Positions 16,332 to 19,594 of a stretch of DNA of 19,594 nt are shown one piece after another. The DNA comes from a virus. How positions within the stretch are numbered: the stretch's first letter is position 1; each line of letters opens with the position of its first letter. Where the stretch lies: the UHGV virus genome UHGV-0143126; one strand, written 5' to 3'. The notes below the pieces were generated by a model. It did not search any database, was not told the DNA's origin, and saw only the letters and a list, made by a program, of their open reading frames with translations. A program made the translations under genes and the position numbers.

Positions 16332-16757
16332 CGTGAGCCCTTTTTTTGAACTATTATTAAAAAATGATGTCACTGCGCGATAAATATTCATCTAATCAAT
16401 GTGATTATTTCAAGATGTAAGTTTTGGTTTCTCGTTTGATTTGTGAAGTAGATCTCTATTTTTATCTGAACTTTTTTCTATCGAATCCTATTCATGGCTC
16501 TTGGCTGAATAAAAATAAATCTATTAGCCAATTTATATTAATGTCTGTTATTTATAAGCGCTCTATAATTTGAAGGTTCAATTTAAACAGGCTAAAAATA
16601 ACACTGGAAATTATTTGTTGGTTATTTGTTGAGATTTGCTTATGTATTTGTAGTGGTGTTTTCAATACTCGGTAGCATTCTCGCAAATATCATTTAGTGG
16701 TTTACGTACGTAAAAAATTGGTTATGCTATTAAGAGTGGTCACTTCGTCACACAGCT

Positions 16758-16791
16758 TAAACCCGCCGTCGAGCGGGTTTTTCCATTTTTT
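16758..16791 (+). terminator. Plus-strand intrinsic terminator ~110 nt upstream of the holin gene
   Basis: AAACCCGC-CGUCGA-GCGGGUUU followed by TTCCATTTTTT. Confidence 0.6.
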
Positions 16792-16903
16792 GAGTCTCGA
16801 TATTAGCTGATAACCCAATACCTGAGTTATTCACTGACTCCGAGTCTGTTACGTTTCGTAGTATTCCCTCAATTTACACCCGCTTTGTCTGCGAGGTGGG
16901 GTT

Positions 16904-17119
16904 ATGAAATCCATGGATAAGTTAACAACGGGTGTCGCCTATGGCACCTCAGCAGGTAGTGCCGGATACTGGTTTTTACAGCTGCTAGATAAAGTCACGC
17001 CCTCACAGTGGGCGGCAATTGGAGTGCTGGGTAGCCTGGTATTTGGCCTGCTGACGTACCTGACAAACCTTTATTTCAAGATTAAAGAAGATAAGCGCAA
17101 GGCTGCGAGAGGTGGATAA
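16904..17119 (+). CDS. S: Class II pinholin of S21 type with dual-start motif (M1/M4: antiholin/holin), 71 aa
   Basis: [28 protein letters not shown]...; two TM segments; GAGGTGGGG RBS; stop overlaps the endolysin start (TAATG). Confidence 0.85.
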
Positions 17120-17616
17120 TGCCTCCATCATTACGAAAAGCTGTTGCTGCTGCTATTGGTGGCGGGGCTATTGCTATAGCATCTGTGTTAATCACTGGCC
17201 CAAGTGGTAACGATGGTCTGGAAGGTGTGAGACATAATCCTTACAAAGACATAGTTGGTGTATGGACTGTATGTTACGGGCATACAGGAAAAGACATCAT
17301 TCCCGGTAAAACGTATACCGAAGCAGAGTGCAAAGCCCTCCTGAATAAAGACCTTGCCACTGTCGCCAGACAAATTAACCCGTACATCAAAGTCGATATA
17401 CCGGAAACAACGCGCGGCGCTCTTTACTCGTTCGTCTACAACGTGGGTGCTGGCAATTTCAGAACATCGACGCTTCTTCGCAAAATCAACCAGGGCGATA
17501 TCAAAGGCGCATGTGACCAGCTACGTCGCTGGACATACGCTGGCGGTAAGCAATGGAAAGGGCTGATGACTCGCCGTGAGATTGAGCGTGAAGTCTGTTT
17601 GTGGGGGCAGCAATGA
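17119..17616 (+). CDS. R: SAR endolysin (T4-lysozyme-like, R21 type), 165 aa
   Basis: N-terminal Gly/Ala-rich signal-anchor-release segment [16 protein letters not shown]; catalytic E-x8-D-x5-T ([16 protein letters not shown]). Confidence 0.9.
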   Translation: MPPSLRKAVAAAIGGGAIAIASVLITGPSGNDGLEGVRHNPYKDIVGVWTVCYGHTGKDIIPGKTYTEAECKALLNKDLATVARQINPYIKVDIPETTRGALYSFVYNVGAGNFRTSTLLRKINQGDIKGACDQLRRWTYAGGKQWKGLMTRREIEREVCLWGQQ

Positions 17617-18050
17617 GCAGGTTAACCACGATTATCTCCGCTCTGGTTATCTGCATCATCGTCTGTCTGTCATGGGCTGTTAATCATTACCGTGATAACG
17701 CCATTACCTATAAAGAACAGCGCGATAAAGCCACGTACATCATCGCTGACATGCAGAAGCGTCAACGTGACGTAGCAGAACTCGATGCCAGATATACAAA
17801 GGAGCTTGCTGATGCTAACGCGACTATCGAAAGTCTCCGTGCTGATGTTTCTGCTGGGCGTAAGCGCCTGCAAGTCGCCGCCACCTGTGCAAAGTCAACG
17901 ACCGGAGCCAGCGGCATGGGCGATGGAGAAAGCCCAGGACTTACAGCAGATGCTGAACTCAATTATTACCGTCTCCGAAGTGGAATCGACAAGATAACCG
18001 CGCAGGTTAACTACCTGCAGGAATACATCAGGACGCAATGCCTTCGATGA
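17613..18050 (+). CDS. Rz: Rz i-spanin, 146 aa
   Basis: N-terminal TM ([21 protein letters not shown]), coiled-coil body; ATGA overlap with the endolysin stop. Confidence 0.8.
   Translation: MSRLTTIISALVICIIVCLSWAVNHYRDNAITYKEQRDKATYIIADMQKRQRDVAELDARYTKELADANATIESLRADVSAGRKRLQVAATCAKSTTGASGMGDGESPGLTADAELNYYRLRSGIDKITAQVNYLQEYIRTQCLR
17812..17997 (+). CDS. Rz1: Rz1 o-spanin lipoprotein embedded in the +1 frame of Rz, 61 aa
   Basis: AGGAG RBS 6 nt before ATG 17812; lipobox (LLGVSAC) followed by a Pro-rich stretch [13 protein letters not shown]; wholly inside Rz. Confidence 0.7.
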   Translation: MLTRLSKVSVLMFLLGVSACKSPPPVQSQRPEPAAWAMEKAQDLQQMLNSIITVSEVESTR

Positions 18051-18223
18051 TAGCGATAATTTTACTCATCATCCTTCACATCTGGCTCTGTAGACAGGGT
18101 GGCGATCACTTCTGGAGAGAATCCAGATTAAACATCTCATTGCTGATGCTTGATATTGAGCATCTGGCGCGCGGTAAGGGGCAGCGTTGAGATAAGAGCC
18201 AGTCATTACAAATGCCAGGATTT

Positions 18224-18250
18224 AGCCCCGCATTTGCGGGGCTTTTTATT
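18224..18250 (+). terminator. Intrinsic terminator after the lysis cassette
   Basis: AGCCCCGC-AUUU-GCGGGGCU followed by TTTTATT. Confidence 0.6.
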
Positions 18251-18268
18251 GCAACAAAGGTAAAGACG

Positions 18269-18556
18269 ATGGATGAAGAATATCGTAAAGACCTGCAACT
18301 GTGGTTTGGTCTTACGCATGCGCCGTTCTGCGTGATGCCGCGAGTATTCATGGAGGCTATGCCGCCAGAATGGCAAGAGAAGATGGCTCAGTTGCTTTTT
18401 GAGTATAGCGACACAATCAAAACGGATGTCTGCGGAGTTCACAGCTGTTTTGTTACTGCCAAAGACGGCAACAACCGCTTTATGAGGATGCCAGAAGATA
18501 TTCTGAACTATCGTCATCCCCGGCGTGAATTCATCGAATCAGTTCTGAAGAAGTAG
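18269..18556 (+). CDS. Hypothetical protein, 95 aa
   Basis: ATG with AAGG RBS 19 nt after the terminator; the ORF-track N-terminal extension covers the terminator and is rejected. Confidence 0.5.
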   Translation: MDEEYRKDLQLWFGLTHAPFCVMPRVFMEAMPPEWQEKMAQLLFEYSDTIKTDVCGVHSCFVTAKDGNNRFMRMPEDILNYRHPRREFIESVLKK

Positions 18557-18842
18557 CCATTACAAAGCCTATCTACGGGTGGGCTTGATAATGGCTTATA
18601 CCCTACACGGGATAACTTAACTGATATCCCTTTTAAAGGATAAAGGTATTCAAGCCTGACACATCATGCGCTGTATCGTCGCCGTATTCCCGTATTAACA
18701 GAGACCGTAGCCCGACGGGGAACTCCTTCTGCGCGAGTGTGCGGGAATAATCAAAAACGATGCACACCGGGGTTACCGGGTACACATATTTCATCATGCC
18801 AGCGAGTCCGGTTCTGGCACGGAAGAAACCGGACGTTATGAT

Positions 18843-19253
18843 TTAGTGCGGAAATATTTGTGTAGTGTTCTGAATGTTCTCAGTAAAGAGTAATGAATTA
18901 TCAAAGGTATAGTAATACCTTTTGTTTTCGTGGATATTTGTAATCCATCTGAAAACCCCTGCTGTAGCAAGATTTTTCCTGTATTCGTAAAATGATAACT
19001 CTCCTGATTTGAATCCTTTTAAGGTGGCTTCTATAAGGCATTTATTTTTTGAAAATCTTACATTTACAACCTTACCCTGTCCTTTTATTAAAACCGTATT
19101 ATCGTTTTCAAGAACAAGATGAATATTCTCTGTGGCTAAATAGTAAATGTAATGTGAGACATTTTGACGTTTTAGTTCAGAATAAAACCAGTGATAGTTT
19201 AAATTATTTCGCACTTTATCGAATATTTGTTTAAAAATGGCAACCTGAGCCAT
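18843..19253 (-). CDS. Hypothetical protein, 136 aa, markedly AT-rich (cargo/moron)
   Basis: GGAAGG RBS 8 nt before ATG 19253; GC content visibly below neighbouring phage genes; Tyr/Asn/Lys-rich. Confidence 0.5.
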   Translation of the reverse strand: MAQVAIFKQIFDKVRNNLNYHWFYSELKRQNVSHYIYYLATENIHLVLENDNTVLIKGQGKVVNVRFSKNKCLIEATLKGFKSGELSFYEYRKNLATAGVFRWITNIHENKRYYYTFDNSLLFTENIQNTTQIFPH

Positions 19254-19310
19254 TGTAGTACCTTCCATGTGATATGAGGGGGCGTAGTCTGCACGATTAT
19301 CTAAATTGCT

Positions 19311-19544
19311 TCAATCTGGTCTAACCTGTTTTCTGAGCAATTCAGTAATGTCACTCTTTTCTTTGTTTGCTTCAGGCGAAACTCTTTTTTCTGAGCACAG
19401 TCTCCGGCGGCAGGCTTCAATGACCCAGGCTGAGAAATTCCCGGACCCTTTTTGAACAAGAGCGATGTTAATTTGTTCAATCATTTGGTTAGGAAAGCGG
19501 ATGTTGCGGGTTGTTGTTCTGCGGGTTTTGTTCTTCGTTGACAT
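19311..19544 (-). CDS. Small putative ribbon-helix-helix-like DNA-binding protein, 77 aa
   Basis: Basic N-terminus then ...TRNIRFPNQMIEQINIALVQKGSGNFSAWVIEACRRRL..., compatible with a beta-strand/helix/helix fold; 57 nt upstream of the AT-rich gene, same strand. Confidence 0.45.
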   Translation of the reverse strand: MSTKNKTRRTTTRNIRFPNQMIEQINIALVQKGSGNFSAWVIEACRRRLCSEKRVSPEANKEKSDITELLRKQVRPD

Positions 19545-19594
19545 GAGGTTGCCCCGTATTCAGTGTCGCTGATTTGTATTGTCTGAAGTTGTTT

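Larger units (their letters stand above)
740..19594. mobile_element. Lambdoid prophage, left portion (integration, early-left, immunity, replication, Q, porin moron, lysis); continues beyond window
   Basis: Canonical gene order int-xis...cI/cro...replication...Q...S-R-Rz/Rz1, with integrase abutting a disrupted host gene. Confidence 0.9.

Noticed and set aside
16332-16391. Upstream in-frame ATG at 16391 as the porin start
   Set aside because: It would add 20 residues ahead of a canonical signal peptide and has no RBS; ATG 16331 gives a standard signal peptide.
15061-16903. Shiga toxin or other toxin cargo between Q and S
   Set aside because: The Q-S interval contains only an OmpC-family porin and non-coding sequence; no A/B toxin subunit ORFs are present.
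18557-18842. tRNA gene or att site in the convergent intergenic region after the 95-aa gene
   Set aside because: No cloverleaf-compatible arrangement or T-loop consensus recognised by eye; only short hairpins and a direct CCGGG repeat. Not scanned computationally.
18843-19253. Doc/Fic-type toxin motif in the AT-rich 136-aa protein (IHENKR)
   Set aside because: The segment lacks the conserved Phe and Asp/Gly positions of the Fic/Doc HxFx(D/E)GNxR motif; the resemblance is superficial.
1-19594. CRISPR array, retron or large defence enzymes (RM, helicase-nuclease)
   Set aside because: No regularly spaced direct repeats, no reverse-transcriptase-like ORF, and no ORF longer than 463 aa other than the DnaB-like helicase.

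Overview
The window is the left ~19 kb of a lambdoid prophage inserted into the curli-regulator gene mlrA (yehV). Reading left to right: the 3' fragment of mlrA (minus strand, ends ~739), the att junction, a tyrosine integrase and an excisionase-like gene, then a ~4.5 kb early-left accessory region on the minus strand. That region holds small acidic and basic ORFs, a translationally coupled operon of a small membrane protein plus an SPFH/band-7 lipoprotein, a run of overlapping small genes, and an XRE-HTH protein with a paralogous partner sitting under a consensus PL-like promoter. Next come the immunity genes (cI-like HTH + S24 peptidase repressor; YdaS/Cro-like), a Rha-family regulator, a 400-bp structured non-coding gap, a replication module (initiator with internal repeats, DnaC-like loader, DnaB-like helicase), a DUF968/HNH-like protein and a Q antiterminator. 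Between Q and the lysis genes an intact nmpC-like porin is carried antisense, flanked by convergent terminators. The lysis cassette is phage-21 type (pinholin with dual start, SAR endolysin, Rz with embedded Rz1), followed by AT-rich reverse-strand cargo genes. No CRISPR array, rRNA, tRNA, reverse transcriptase or stx genes were seen. All protein family calls are by eye from the translations, with no database search; start codons were adjusted where an ATG/GTG with a Shine-Dalgarno sequence was evident. The strongest candidates for an undescribed system are the HTH protein plus its paralog at PL, and the SPFH lipoprotein operon; neither can be assigned a function from sequence alone.
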